Of a stretch of 64,000 nt of DNA, positions 49,791 to 62,902 are shown piece by piece; position 1 is the first letter of the stretch; each line of letters begins with the position of its first letter. The DNA is from Octopus sinensis. Lineage: Eukaryota. The notes beneath the pieces are model-generated. The model did not search any database and had not been told where the DNA came from. It saw only the letters and a program-made list of their open reading frames with translations. Position numbers and translations under genes: made by a program. The DNA is taken from assembly GCF_006345805.1 (NCBI RefSeq), contig NC_043013.1:21266001-21330000 (forward strand), given 5' to 3'.

Positions 49791-50179
49791 GGCCAATTCT
49801 TTTGTAGTAGTAGTAGTAGTAGGAGGAGGAGGAGGAGGAGGTTCTTTACATTTTTCTACCGGTTGTGCTTCCAGAACTATGTGGCATTTCGTTCCGGTTC
49901 GAATTGAAAAATCTCGTATTTCTATAACCTATTCTTAAACACATTTTGTTAGACCGATATAAGAGAGATTGGATTGCTTCGTGGTTTTAATACACAAGAC
50001 AATCATTCGTGTATTGGCGATGCGGGGAACCCAACTCAGATTTGGCAATTACAGTTATCTCCACTTAGCACTGTCAGTATGGTAATGTATGGTAATGTAT
50101 TATGTAATGAAAGGATTTGCAGAACAACTAGTTTTCATATTATGTTATTCCTGTTCAATAATTTATGTGATTTGGTGTC

Positions 50180-50233
<54 letters not shown>

Positions 50234-50969
50234 ATTAAGAAGAGGAATTACTTCACCATTCAGTCGATGAGGCTCTTGTTGAAGAGCGCAATGAACCAGA
50301 GCATGCTCATCTCTCTTCAGAGAGGATTTTGCTGTTATCTGTTGTAGCCGTTTTGTTTCTAAAATCGCTATGGGTACCTGATTGTAGCAGGCTTCGATCC
50401 TATAGATTCATTTGGTTAGAGGAAAAGCTACATTATACATTTCGCTTGTTGCTATGTGCATTTGTTTAATATCATTTGGTGAAGGATTGGATTATGTGTG
50501 TGCATATAGGAGTTGTATGTTTAGTTTCATAGAAAACGCCATATAAACCTTCGGCTGAAAAGATCGTATAAATCCATGAAGCTGGCAGTTGTTATGTAAT
50601 TATTATCAATGGAACTTCTCCGTGTTGCAGTTTCTACAGTTGTCTTCAAATATAGCTTTTTGTTCCCTTATCGCGTCCCATAATTCGCCTACTCCTGCTT
50701 CTCAAGATCACTTGATTATTGTTTCCGTAAATCTCATGTTAGTAATACTGAATGTGAATTCAAGATTTCTTATGTAAAACAAGCTTTCCAATTCACGCAT
50801 TTCGGTTGCTTCGCAGGTTCCCTTTTAAATATCGGACGTTTCGTCTCTCTTTCTGTCATCTTCACCTAGCATTTCCTATTCTTCAATTGAACACGACTGG
50901 AAAATGTGATAGAATTTCTAGATCCTCTTTCTACCCAAAACTGGGATCAATGCATAAAAGCATTCTTAT

Positions 50970-51165
50970 TATTTAAAGGCGGCGAGACGGTAGAATCGAT
51001 AGTACACCGGGCAGTGTACTATCCGCGGCATTTCGTCCGTCTTTGCGTTCTGAGCTAGAACTCCACCGAGCTGAACTGGTGCTTTTATTCTTTCGAGTAC
51101 CAGCTGAGCACTGGGTTCGATGTAATCGATTTACCTCACCCACGCAACTGCTGGCCTCGTTCAAA
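50970..51165 (+). mobile_element. S-B SINE, degraded
   Basis: aaggcggcgagacggtagaatcg head; gagtaccagctgagcactggg body. Confidence 0.7.
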
Positions 51166-51179
51166 AATTATCATATTCA

Positions 51180-51590
51180 TTATTATTATTATTATTATTA
51201 TTATTACTTTTTTTTTCTTCTTTCAAATTTTCTTCCATTTCTTGCCGAGGGTCTTCCCGACTCCTAGGGCAAAGAAACTCATAGTGTATATTGGTAGGCC
51301 ATTAAACCAAACTCAGTAGTTCGTTCATTTTTTTTTTTTTTTTTTTTTTTTAAAGTTAAATTAAAATACATGAGCAGCAACAGTTCTCACATCGACAATG
51401 CTCTTCTCAATACGTGTGATGTACCAGTTAAGACAATCTTTTGCACTTCTTGCAGGGATGGTAAGCCAGGGATCATTCTCATATAATTTTCGGTTCCCTT
51501 CTTGATCATTTCTAGTGCTCCTACGATCACTGGTATTGTAACCGCCTTCAGATGCCACATTTTCTCAATTTCAATGAGTAGGTCTTTATA

Positions 51591-51593
<3 letters not shown>
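51180..51593 (-). mobile_element. R4/Dong-like LINE 3' fragment
   Basis: KYKDLLIEIEKMWHLKAVTIPVIVGALEMIKKGTENYMRMIPGLPSLQEVQKIVLTGTSHVLRRALSM; (AAT)n at both ends. Confidence 0.88.
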
Positions 51594-51658
<65 letters not shown>

Positions 51659-52040
51659 GTTTTTCCTTCTTTCTTCAAATTTTCTTCCGTTTCTCGCTGA
51701 GTGTTTTCCGTACACCTAGGGCAGAGAAGCTCATTGTATGCATTCCCAGATTACACACGCAAATTCACAGGTAAAATATGTATTTAAAAATTTTTTAAAT
51801 AAATAAATTCATGAATGGATGTTGTTTTCACAGCGTTAATGCTCTTCTCAGTACATGAGCCGTTCCAGTTAATACGATTTTTTGCACTTCCTGTAGGGAT
51901 GGTAAGCCTGGTATCATTTTCAAATAGGTGTCAGTACCTTTTTTATCATTCCTAGAGATCCTACAATCACTGGTATTGTAGTCGCCTTGAGATGCCACAT
52001 TTAAAAAAATTTCTATTAGCAAGTCTTTATATTTACTGAT
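51594..52040 (-). mobile_element. R4/Dong-like LINE 3' fragment, second subfamily
   Basis: MWHLKATTIPVIVGSLGMIKKGTDTYLKMIPGLPSLQEVQKIVLTGTAHVLRRALTL; diverged 3' UTR; (AAT)n at both ends. Confidence 0.88.
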
Positions 52041-52041
52041 C

Positions 52042-52093
<52 letters not shown>

Positions 52094-52719
52094 TATTATT
52101 TCTTTAAAACAACTTAGTCTGCAATTTAGATTTTTGTTTTATATGTACACATTCACAATAAATGAGATAAATTGAATTAAGATACATGCTAGAAGATATT
52201 TCTCGAATTTTCTTTTACAAAATCCATTCATTATTCTTCGTTGTTTCTGCTGTTGTTTTTATCATCGTTGTTGTTTTGCAGTATTTATTTCAGTTTAATT
52301 TCTTTCTTTTATTTGCGGCCATTGTTGCTAATTCCTTTTTTTTTTTTTTTTTTCTTCCATTTCTTTTTCAGAATACGAATTAACCATGAAGAATTTCCAG
52401 ATTATTCCATTCTGCATCAATTGCACAAATTAAGATACGATTCCCACAGCGCCTAATTACAATGATGGAAGCAAGCAAGAATGTTTTTTAAATCATGAAT
52501 CACAAAGATTGTTTCGCTGACGTTATTGACACTCTTGCAAATGTTTTACAATCGGCATTAATTTTGCAGCTTCGTACAAAGTGAGTACAGGTCTGTTAAT
52601 TAGCTCAGTTAAACCTTGATCCACAATGGTTCTGTTGAAAGTGACATCGCAGTCGTGACCATCCTGACTTTTTTTAAATGTATGTCTTGGTCCCTGTTAT
52701 CAAATGTGTTAAGGCAGCA

Positions 52720-52930
52720 AGTTTCCAGGATCATTAGAACGCCGCTCAAAATGCATAGCGGCATTTCGTCTGACTTTACATTCTGAGTTCAAATTCCGCC
52801 GAGGTCGACTTTGCCTTTCATCTTTTCAGGGTCGATAAAATAAGTACCAGTTGAGCACTAGCATCGATGTAATCGGCTTCCCTCCACTCCAAGATAGCTG
52901 GTCTTGTTCCAAAATTTAAATCCAATATTA
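52720..52930 (+). mobile_element. S-B SINE
   Basis: Head, body and gctggtcttgttccaaaattt tail. Confidence 0.8.
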
Positions 52931-53076
52931 CCAAGTGTGATCCTTCCATATCCAAGACAGTAACTGCAATTTGGGGCAAAGTTGACGGCTCTTTCTAGTA
53001 GGTCAAGCAACAACGAAGAGAGCCTCACAAATACACACACACACACACTGAATTGTGTTATATTTCTATTAAAACA

Positions 53077-53309
53077 AGGCGACGAGCTAGCAGAAACGTT
53101 AGCACGCCGGGCGAAATGCTTAGCGGCATTTCGTCTGTCGTTACGTTCTGAGTTCAAATTCCGCCGAGGTCGACTTTGCCTTTCATCCTTTCGGGGTCGA
53201 TAAATAAAGTACCTGGTTACGCACTGGGATCGATGTAATCGACTTAATCCCTTTGTCTGTCCTTGTTTGTCCCATCTATGTTTAGCCCCTTGTGGGCAAT
53301 AAAGAAATA
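53077..53309 (+). mobile_element. Single full-length S-A SINE (233 bp) with 18-bp TSD
   Basis: tatatttctattaaaaca at 53059-53076 and 53310-53327; defines the monomer ends. Confidence 0.95.
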
Positions 53310-53960
53310 TATATTTCTATTAAAACAGTAGACGACAGGTGCTCACTGTATTAATGCATGGAACTACCTCTTCATAAGATATGAGTTCAAATCCACTTCC
53401 AGCGTTTTATTGAGTTTCAAAACAAAGCATTGTATTCAATTATGTATCTGCTCAGCTTGTTGCTAACATCATAATATATGAGAGAGCTCTGTCTCCGTTC
53501 AGTTAATAGTTATATTAAAGTTTAACAGTCGAACATTTATCTCTTACTTTGTTTTGCTTTTAATTTTTGCTTTTGTTTTTTTTTTGCTTTTGTTTTTGTT
53601 TTGTTTTTTGTTTTTTGCTTATTAACCTGAATTAGATATTGAATAATACATCCAAGACAAAGCTAACAGACGCCAAACAATAGTTAATATAGAAATTGGT
53701 GTTGTCAAATACATGCAAAGAACTCCAGAGAAATTTTGTAATACGGTGTACTTTGGTATCTAGCCGGACAGTATGGAAATAAGTATTGATAAATAAAAAT
53801 TATATTTCAAGCAGAGCAAATGTTACAGAGAATTCTCACTTAATCTGTTAGGTTAGATCATCAACTCCCGATGAATTAATAAAATACATTTCCATATATA
53901 ATTTTGTGTTTGTGTGTATTGTATATACATATTATGTATGTATGTATATATACGCATACA

Positions 53961-54010
<50 letters not shown>

Positions 54011-54104
54011 TATACACATACGTATATATGTATGTATATACACATATACACACATACATACATAGATATATACATATATATACACATATATACACAGTTT
54101 GTGA

Positions 54105-54255
54105 CAAGGCTGGCCCTTTGAAATACAGGTATAACAGAAGCGAGAAGAGTGAGAGAAAGTTGTGGTGAAAGAGTACAGCAGGCATCGCCCCACCACATCC
54201 CGGGGCCTCGTGTAGCGTTAGGTGTTTTCGCTCAATAAACACTCACAACGCCCGG
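54105..54255 (-). mobile_element. Internal fragment of an H1/T1 SINE
   Basis: Reverse complement of 7260-7410. Confidence 0.8.
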
Positions 54256-54599
54256 TTTTGACTACTATTTCTAGACATGTAAGAGCTTTTTCAACCCTTT
54301 CCGTTATAGTTGTGATTTATTCACAATTATACACTCTTCTTTTATGAAAAAAGTCTGGCCACTGATATATTCGTAAATAATTTTGAATTGCTTACGATAT
54401 ATCTTTCGTAATGTATTTTTACATTTTACTGACAAATAACAAACGATAAAAGGAACGAATTATTGTTTGACCCATGAATAATTTTATTTCAAGCTATATT
54501 TAGCTTAAATTTTGCCTTATTCAGTAAAGAAAGAACTGTGATCGTAACCTCTAAGTTCTCTGATAGGAGAACAATGTATGGACGCGAACGTCAGAGTGG

Positions 54600-54900
54600 A
54601 GTTCTGACCAAGATGCTATAAAATGTTTGAACTCCACTCAAGTAATTCCGAAGGCGTCAGGTAAGTTTGCTAAACCGGATGGTGGATTAAATCGAACTTT
54701 GCAAAAACACTCTCGAAGTTTTAATAGACACGCACTGAGATTGAACCCGTGATCTCATTCCAATGCCAACTTCTTTGAATACAGCAGCACCACGCCTCTT
54801 AATGAAAAGGGAGTCTATCAACTTCATGCTCGACTGATCTTGTATGTTATAGACTGGAAATTTTCCTTCCCAAATTTGTGCTTCCAATTTTACCAAATAT
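54600..54900 (-). mobile_element. Probable decayed CR1-like 3' end
   Basis: DSLFIKRRGAAVFK..SIKTSRVFLQSSI resembles the CR1 SL..RGP.LFN..FK..LD.FL region. Confidence 0.4.
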
Positions 54901-55200
54901 AGAATATTGTATTCTAATGTAAGACACATAAATCAAAGCCCACACACTCTTCTCTCACCTTCCTCTTTTGTTTCTCTCTGACATGAAATTCTTCATTCCG
55001 GATAATCTTTTGATCTAGTTCCAATATATTACTATTAATGTCCACATATAGTTGGTAATACAAACACACACAAACACATATTTCTTCCATAGATTTCTTA
55101 TAAGAATTATACCATGGACCAATCGTTATTGACTCAAATCGTCACTAGTCACCTCGTATTCTGTATTTACCAACATACACTTATACGTTTGTTTAAATAT

Positions 55201-55238
<38 letters not shown>

Positions 55239-57119
55239 TGTGTGTGTGTGTGTGTGTTGCGATTACTCATTTTTTATATGAAATATCAAATATCAGACTC
55301 TCGACAATGTGTGTGTGTATGTAAGTAGTAGGTAGATAGGTAGTAGAGCAGAACGCAGGAAGAAGAGGGGAAAAAAACTTAAATAGGTTAGGAGAAAAGG
55401 AATGATGGTTGAGAATACGGAACGTGATTAACGATAAACAGGTAGAGCAGTAAAGAAGTGGCATGGTTGAAATAAAGAGTTTAAAATGATTGGTTAAAAA
55501 TGTCAAAAAATCAGTTCATGTGGAAATCATTTAGAAATACAGAAATTGGATGAAACTGCGTGAAAATGGCTTTAGACGTAATATATGCGTATTTTTTTTT
55601 TGTTTCATAAAGGATAAATAACATAGGAAAATTTTATGAAATGTCAAAAACTGAAAAAGGTGCTAAAATGGAAGTACTCTTAACAGCTTATATTTCCTGT
55701 TAGAGTGTGTGAAAGATTTTAGATGTGTTACTGTCCCAGATCATTTACGCATGCAATAAGAAACCAGTTCGAAATTACGATTGAAGAAGGTTTCCTGAGA
55801 AAATAATATCCTCAATATTTGAGGCATTCAAAGTTGTCAGATATTGTTAGATTGAGAAAACCAATCATTTTGAGTAGTCGGATAAAACTAAACCCTTTAA
55901 CTGATCACCGAACAGACTATTCACAGAGTCCTCTTTTACACTCTTGTAGAAAATTTTGCTGAAAAAAAATTTAGCCACTGGTTTAGATATAGCTGATAGT
56001 ATACAAACATTAGAAATGTATTATCCATACTTTACATTCAACGATCATATCTAAATCACAAATAATAAACATTATTCATTAACACCACCAAAACAGACAC
56101 CATAATAATAAATAAAGATATACTAAATCAACATCATGACTATCGTGTGGACGCTCTCATTTAACCCTTTCAAAATATTTAGTAATGAACTGATTAACTT
56201 TCTGACGGCCGAAGAAGAATGGAAACGCACTTAATTTAGTGTCAAAGATTATTATTCTTCTATCTCCTCTTGAGAGGAATAACTTTTCTAAAAGACCTTC
56301 ACCCATTATAACCTCAGAAATTAATATTCTACACACGTACAAATTCATCTTATTCTATGTGGCGAGTGTAATTCTCAGACTAGCTTGCAGCAGTGAGAAT
56401 GGTGGTGAAGGAGAGAATTCAACATTGGCGGAATACAGCGGTATTGGTGATAGTAATTACCAGTGCTATGATGGGAATGGTCAAGCGATTGTTAGAGGTT
56501 TGTAGGAATTGGTGGTTGACTTGGGGTGATAGAAGCAAAGATGTTGCAGCTATTGTTTAGCCTCACGTCAAGCAAACCTATGATTAAAGGCATTCTAGGC
56601 ACACCAGTTCATCTTTCCATATATACAATGAAACCAAGGTCACATTATCCAAGCCACAGTCAGGTTTAATGAATATTTGACTGTTGTTTCTAGCACATCG
56701 AGTGATCATGTAAAAGCACATCTCACTGCTTTGAGATAGCGGCAATGGTGGTACTGGTATTAGTACAGCTCCTGCTGCTATTAGTGGTGGTGGTGGTGGT
56801 GGTTGTGGTGGTGATGGAGGCGGCGGCGGCGGTGCTGTTAGTGATAATGATAGTAGGGGTGGTTGGATGTACTGATTATCGTTGTTATAGTGATGTTGAC
56901 TGAAGTAGGTGATGGTCCTGAAGATGGTAATGTTGTTGTTTGTGGTGGTGGTGGTAGAGATAGACGTAAAATTGCAAAGAAACACTAAACCGTTCATTAG
57001 TAACTTGACCTCATAATGTAAATAGATATTTTATTAACGCTGACATAAATACAAACATACATATGTGGCTATGTATGTGTGTATGTATGTCTATCCATTT
57101 GGTTGTAAGGCTAATTAAA

Positions 57120-57203
57120 ATGCTAATTAATATATATATATAGGGAAGTATATACCTCGCTCAGAGAATTATTATTGCTTATATAAGTATATATATATAT
57201 ATA

Positions 57204-57279
<76 letters not shown>

Positions 57280-57328
57280 GTGTGTGTGTGGTGTGTGTGT
57301 GTATGTATATATATTATATATATGTATG

Positions 57329-57373
<45 letters not shown>

Positions 57374-57796
57374 TATGTGTGTATACATACATACAAGTAT
57401 ATATATATATGTATATTCATATACACACACGTATATATATACACGCACACCGGCACACACGTCTTTCTATGTGTGCATGTACTTTGCATGTCTGTATGAA
57501 TTATATGCATTCATACATGCCCATGCATTCAGTTATTCCTGTATACATATGTACACGAATATGTAACATACATGCATATAATAAACATATGATACACACG
57601 TAGAGATCTCAACGTACCTACACACAAAAGCGCAATTATAAATTGCCACGTACATACACATTTAAATGCAAACAAAAACACAGACTACATCACAAGTACG
57701 ACACAACATATCCATATACGTAGATGTCTACACATGAACGTACAGCAAAATACACTTACCCCAGGCACACAGAGATACACACGCTCGCACAAATGC

Positions 57797-57858
<62 letters not shown>

Positions 57859-58116
57859 TATCCATCAAAGAAAATACATATACATAGATACACGTTTACG
57901 TACACGTAATTCTAATTGATGCTTTATTAATTCTTTAATTTGGCGTTACATCGTTAAAACATATTTTGTTTCATTTTCGGAAGAACATTCTTGCTAATTA
58001 CGTACAATATTTTATATATATATATAAATACACACACACACATATATATAAGAGAGAGAGAGATGCATATATGTTTATAAGTTATCATATATATACATAA
58101 ATATGTACATAAATAT

Positions 58117-58188
<72 letters not shown>

Positions 58189-58290
58189 ACATATACATGT
58201 ACATATACATATGTACATATACATATATATATGTACATATACATATATATATAAATATGTATGTATATAATTACGTGTTTCATATGGTAT
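57120..58290. repeat. Extended (TA)/(CA)/(TG) low-complexity region
   Basis: Direct reading. Confidence 0.9.
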
Positions 58291-58560
58291 GTTTATGTAT
58301 GTGTATGGACGTGTAATTAGTCAGTAATATCCTTAGAGCTTAATCTCAGTTAGTGACCATCACTAACAATAATGTATGAAATATCAGAAGCTATAAGGGT
58401 CACATTTTATAATTATAAGGAGTTTGTTGTTCGTAAGGGAGACTTGTTCACTGAAGCGATGTGTTGTATCGAAATACGTCTTATGCTCACGTGCCTCAGT
58501 TACCCCCTCTCTCTCTCTCTCTCTCTCTCACTCACTCTTTCTCCCTCTCTCTCTCTCTCA

Positions 58561-58595
<35 letters not shown>

Positions 58596-58604
58596 AACAG
58601 TATA

Positions 58605-59025
58605 CTCTTTTTTTACTCTTTTACTCTTTTACTTGTTTCAGTCATTTGACTGCGGCCATGCTGGAGCACCGCCTTTAGTCGAGCAAATCAACCCCGGGAC
58701 TTATTCTTTGGAAGCCCAGTACTTATTCTATCAGTCTGTTTTGCCGAACCGCTAAGTAACGGGGATGTAAACACACCAGCATCGGTTGTCAAGCAATGCT
58801 AGAGGGACAAACGCAGACACACAAACACACACACGCATAGATATATATATATATACATATATACGACAGGCTTCTTTCAGTTTCCGTCTACCAAATCCAC
58901 TCACAACATTGGTCGGCCCGGGGCTATAGCAGAAGACACTTGCCCAAGATGCCACGCAGTGGGACTGAACCCGGAACCATGTGGTTGGTTAGCAAGCTAC
59001 TTACCACACAGCCACTCCTGCGCCT
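58605..59025 (-). mobile_element. Full-length S-OK SINE
   Basis: Minus strand gtggctgtgtggtaagtagcttgc..gggttcagtcccactgcg head through aaacaagtaaaagagtaaaagagt tail. Confidence 0.92.
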
Positions 59026-59059
59026 GTATAAGAATGATTAATCACTGTAAGCCGATTCT

Positions 59060-59210
59060 TTGAATTACAGATTCAACTCATTTTTTCCAGCTGAGTAGAA
59101 CGGAGCAACGTGAAATAAAGTGTGCTGCTCAAAGACACAACGCACCGCCGGGAATCGAATCCACGACCTTACGATCGTAAACCAATTATCTTCACGACCA
59201 AGCCACGCGC
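59060..59210 (-). mobile_element. H2-type SINE head fragment
   Basis: Reverse complement of 39137-39280. Confidence 0.75.
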
Positions 59211-59494
59211 CTTCACATATTTGCATGCAATGCACATATGTTCACACACTCACGCACACACACACATATATGCGTATATGTATACATATACACACACGCA
59301 TTCATCTACCATCTATCATCTTCAGTACACATTTCCGTATACATATATATATAGACATACATGTTCCTATAGTTTTAATTCAATTCAATAGGCTATAAGA
59401 TAGCTGTAGCTAAGATGAAGATGTCATTGCCGGTCAAGAGAGATATACAGTGGAATGGATAACCAAGATATTATTGCAAGATAACATGACAGTA

Positions 59495-59928
59495 TCAGGC
59501 TGCGTAAAAATTAAGCAACGTTTTAAAACATGAAATTCATCACAATATATTTCAACATAACGCTCACGATCTTCAAGGCTCAAGTCTCCACTGCGAAATC
59601 GTTTAAACATTTTCGAGCTGACCTCTCACTGGTCATTTCCACACCAAGCGTTTCGTTGATATCGCGAGCAATTTCAGCTGCTTTACGTCCTTTTCTGAAG
59701 TTGAAGAGCAAAATTGCTCGAATATCGCGGTTTGACAGTTCCATTTCAGATGATTGTAACAACGGTGAAAAAAATATCAATGTTAATTTATTGATGTATT
59801 TGGGCAAATCTATGTCTGTATTATCAGACAATTTCCAAAAAAAATGTTTTTAAAAATTAAAAACTCTGCAAAAATCTGGTACAAATTCTTCATGGTTCAG
59901 AACGTTGCTTGCTTTTTACTCAACCTGA
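59495..59928 (-). mobile_element. Internally deleted mariner with both TIRs and TA TSD
   Basis: TA|TCAGGCTGCGTAAAAATTAAGCAACGTT ... AACGTTGCTTGCTTTTTACTCAACCTGA|TA; N-terminal HTH MELSNRDIRAILLFNFRKGRKAAEIARDINETLG. Confidence 0.92.
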
Positions 59929-60612
59929 TACAATGATATACTAAACTTTACTTTGCTCCGGTAATTTACAAAGCAAATGACATTATACAATAACAGAAGT
60001 AATCCATAACAATGTTTGACAGTACACAACCAAACCAAATAGCAAGATGCTACATTAGTGGTTTCTAACGGAAGCAGACCATCACACAGTTGGGGTGGAG
60101 GAGCAATCGATTAAATTCCAGTTCTTGGCTGGTTACGGATTTAATAGGACCCCGGAGGGATGAAAAGCAAATTATTTTCGATTGGGTATGAAGTCATTAT
60201 TAAATATCCGAAAACACTAAAAACACTGATTTGTACGATTGATTGTGTTTATGTATGTGATTTGTACATTTACTAATGCAGCGCGGCTACCAGTTCTACT
60301 AGTTACTAAATAAGGTGATAATATGATAAGATTAAAGTAGTACGAGTAGTCACAAAGTTGTGAAGGAAACTTCAGTCGTGTGGGCAGTTTCTGAACATAG
60401 TTGTCTGATCTCGAATATAATTGTGGTACTAAAAGCAGAGTCTCTACGCGATTATTTGATCAGCTAAAAATAATATCCCAATCCCTTCACAACTTACCAG
60501 AAATGATGGAAGGACATCAGATAAGGTTGTTGTGCTTATACGAAGTAGGGAAGATCATGGTTTTGATAGCTTTCATCAAAGACCTGTTTGCTTTGGGCCG
60601 ACCATATAGCAA

Positions 60613-60687
60613 CAGAGGAGAGCAGCCTCCTCTCGTCTGTTGATATAGCAACAATATCAACAGACGAGAGTAGGCTGCTCTCCTCTG
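60613..60687. other. 34-bp hairpin (1 mismatch, 7-nt loop)
   Basis: cagaggagagcagcct[c]ctctcgtctgttgatat-agcaaca-atatcaacagacgagag[t]aggctgctctcctctg. Confidence 0.95.
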
Positions 60688-61216
60688 GCACGAGTGCTGC
60701 TAAGTCGTTTGATTCAAGGTGAACGTCAAAGAGTTCAGAGGAACCTCTTACAATATCCGCTTTTACTTTCGATTTTATACTTAAAATTCTTCAAATTTTG
60801 TTCCGCTTTTTAAATAAATGTATGTATTGATCTAATTGAATTTATTTGAACCTTTTATCGAGTAATAATAATGCTATAATTGCTTCGTTTTGGGGTTGAG
60901 TTAAGATGTGCTATGTGAATCGCATTTGCGTCTATTATGTATCTCACGACGAACAGACAGATATGTTCGTGTATGCATTCATGTGTTCTTGATCCCATCA
61001 CAAAATATATAAGTATAAATCGATATACTTGCATTTGTATATAACTAACTATATGTATTTTTTTTTCATGTGACGAATTTGATTGTTTTTTTTTTACTCG
61101 TGAGCTTGTTAAAATTCTGCGTGTACCTATGCCAATATCAGTATTTGCCTAAATGGATGGGTGTGTGCATATAGGTGAAGAAGTACATAGACATGTATTC
61201 GTAAGTATGCAATGTG

Positions 61217-61278
<62 letters not shown>

Positions 61279-62233
61279 ATATATATATAATATATATATT
61301 ATATAATATATAATATATATATAGGTGCATTGAGTTATGGAGGCGGAACACTGCAAACATTAGTGGATTCTCCACTTATATTGAATGTAAAATACCAGAA
61401 GAAGTATTGAAAAATATTGCAAACATGTGTTGTGCTTTATGAATACTTGAAAATGATGTGTGGCAAAAAAATAGATATTTGCTTGAAACCCTTCGGGAAA
61501 TCTTGCTTCCATTTGTGGTATTGTGTTTCATTTACACGTTGGGAGTTTTTTTTTGTTATTATTATATAATATATCAATTAGAGCGCTTGATGTCGTTAGG
61601 CTGACAATACAGAGCCTTAGAATGCGTTATGAATGACCTTCTGTCATTCAAAGATAGCAGGGTTCGATCTAGTACTGTAAAACATCAAATAATTTATCAT
61701 TTTCTTGTTAGTATCGTGAACTTTCTCAGTAATTCAATGAGCAAGTCGATAGAGAAACTGGTTAACTTGTCGACAGATCCCCAGTTCGAATCTTTTTACC
61801 GGTACTGCTCTGTTTCTTTCAAGGAGAATACTTAAATCTGAACAGCCAAATCCAGCTCGCTCTAAACCAGAGTCTAGGTTGACCGAGTCGTCTTATGATC
61901 AGAGACGTTCCAGAAAAGACTCCTCGTTCAGTATATCTTTGTTCATGTAAGGTGATAGGATATGATTTTAGGAAGACTGGGTTCTGTGGAATCAAATGAC
62001 TCTCATAGTGTCTCTTTGTGGACATTATTCGTAGCTGGAACTAATAGCAGTGCTGTGTAATTGATGCGGGATTCCTTAGTTTGCAGTCCCGGTTTCAATT
62101 CCTGAAGTGGAATAGTCTAATTTTAAATATCATTCTCTTTTCCAAGGAAATATTTGTCTCCCTTCGACTTGTCCCTACATCGAATTCTGAAATCAACTTC
62201 AGAATAAAAATGTCTTGCATCTGTGGAAGTGAT

Positions 62234-62902
62234 GAATCTGCAGCGCTGAGTTCAACACCTCGTATGGTTACAATTAGTTGATGTGTACCCGATTGGTTGA
62301 TGTCTTTTATCACCCAGGACCATCTCCTATAGGACTGACATAAGCTCAGAATCATTCAGGCGAGACTATCCAGACTTCTCTTCAACCGCAGAATATCCAG
62401 AACTTCGTTATCCATTATTTCATTCCTATCTTAAAACTGTCGGCTTGTTTATTATTTGAGGAAGATTTGGCTGTTATTTCTTATACCTTGTCTTCATCCC
62501 AAAGTTTATAGAATTGCCAATTTATGAAAAACAAAAGCAACTGTAATATTGTAAGTGCTGAATCTGCATTACTGAGTTCAACACGACGGATTCCTTAGTT
62601 TGCAGTCCCGATTTCAATTCTTGATGCGGGAGAAACAATAGTTAAAATTATATGATGTGTATCCGATTGACTGTTGTCCTTTATCCCACTGGATCATCAC
62701 CTATAGGACTGCCATAGCTCAGAATCATTCAGGCGAGACTATCCATTCTTCTCTTCAACCGCAGAATATCCAGAACTTCATTATCCATTCTTTCGTTCCT
62801 ATCTTACAACTACTGGCTTGTTATTTGAAGAAAATTTGGTTGTTATTTCTTATACCTCATCTTCATCACAAGGTTGATAGAGCTAACTGCCAATTTATGA
62901 AA
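62234..62902. repeat. Diverged local duplication (62234-62529 / 62560-62902)
   Basis: Shared blocks gaatctgca..ctgagttcaacac, cctataggactg, ctcagaatcattcaggcgagactatcc, ttctcttcaaccgcagaatatccagaacttc, gccaatttatgaaa. Confidence 0.85.

Noticed and set aside
56584-56997. 137-aa Pro/Thr-rich ORF
   Set aside because: It derives from degenerate (GGT)/(GGC)/(TGT) trinucleotide repeats and has no domain content.
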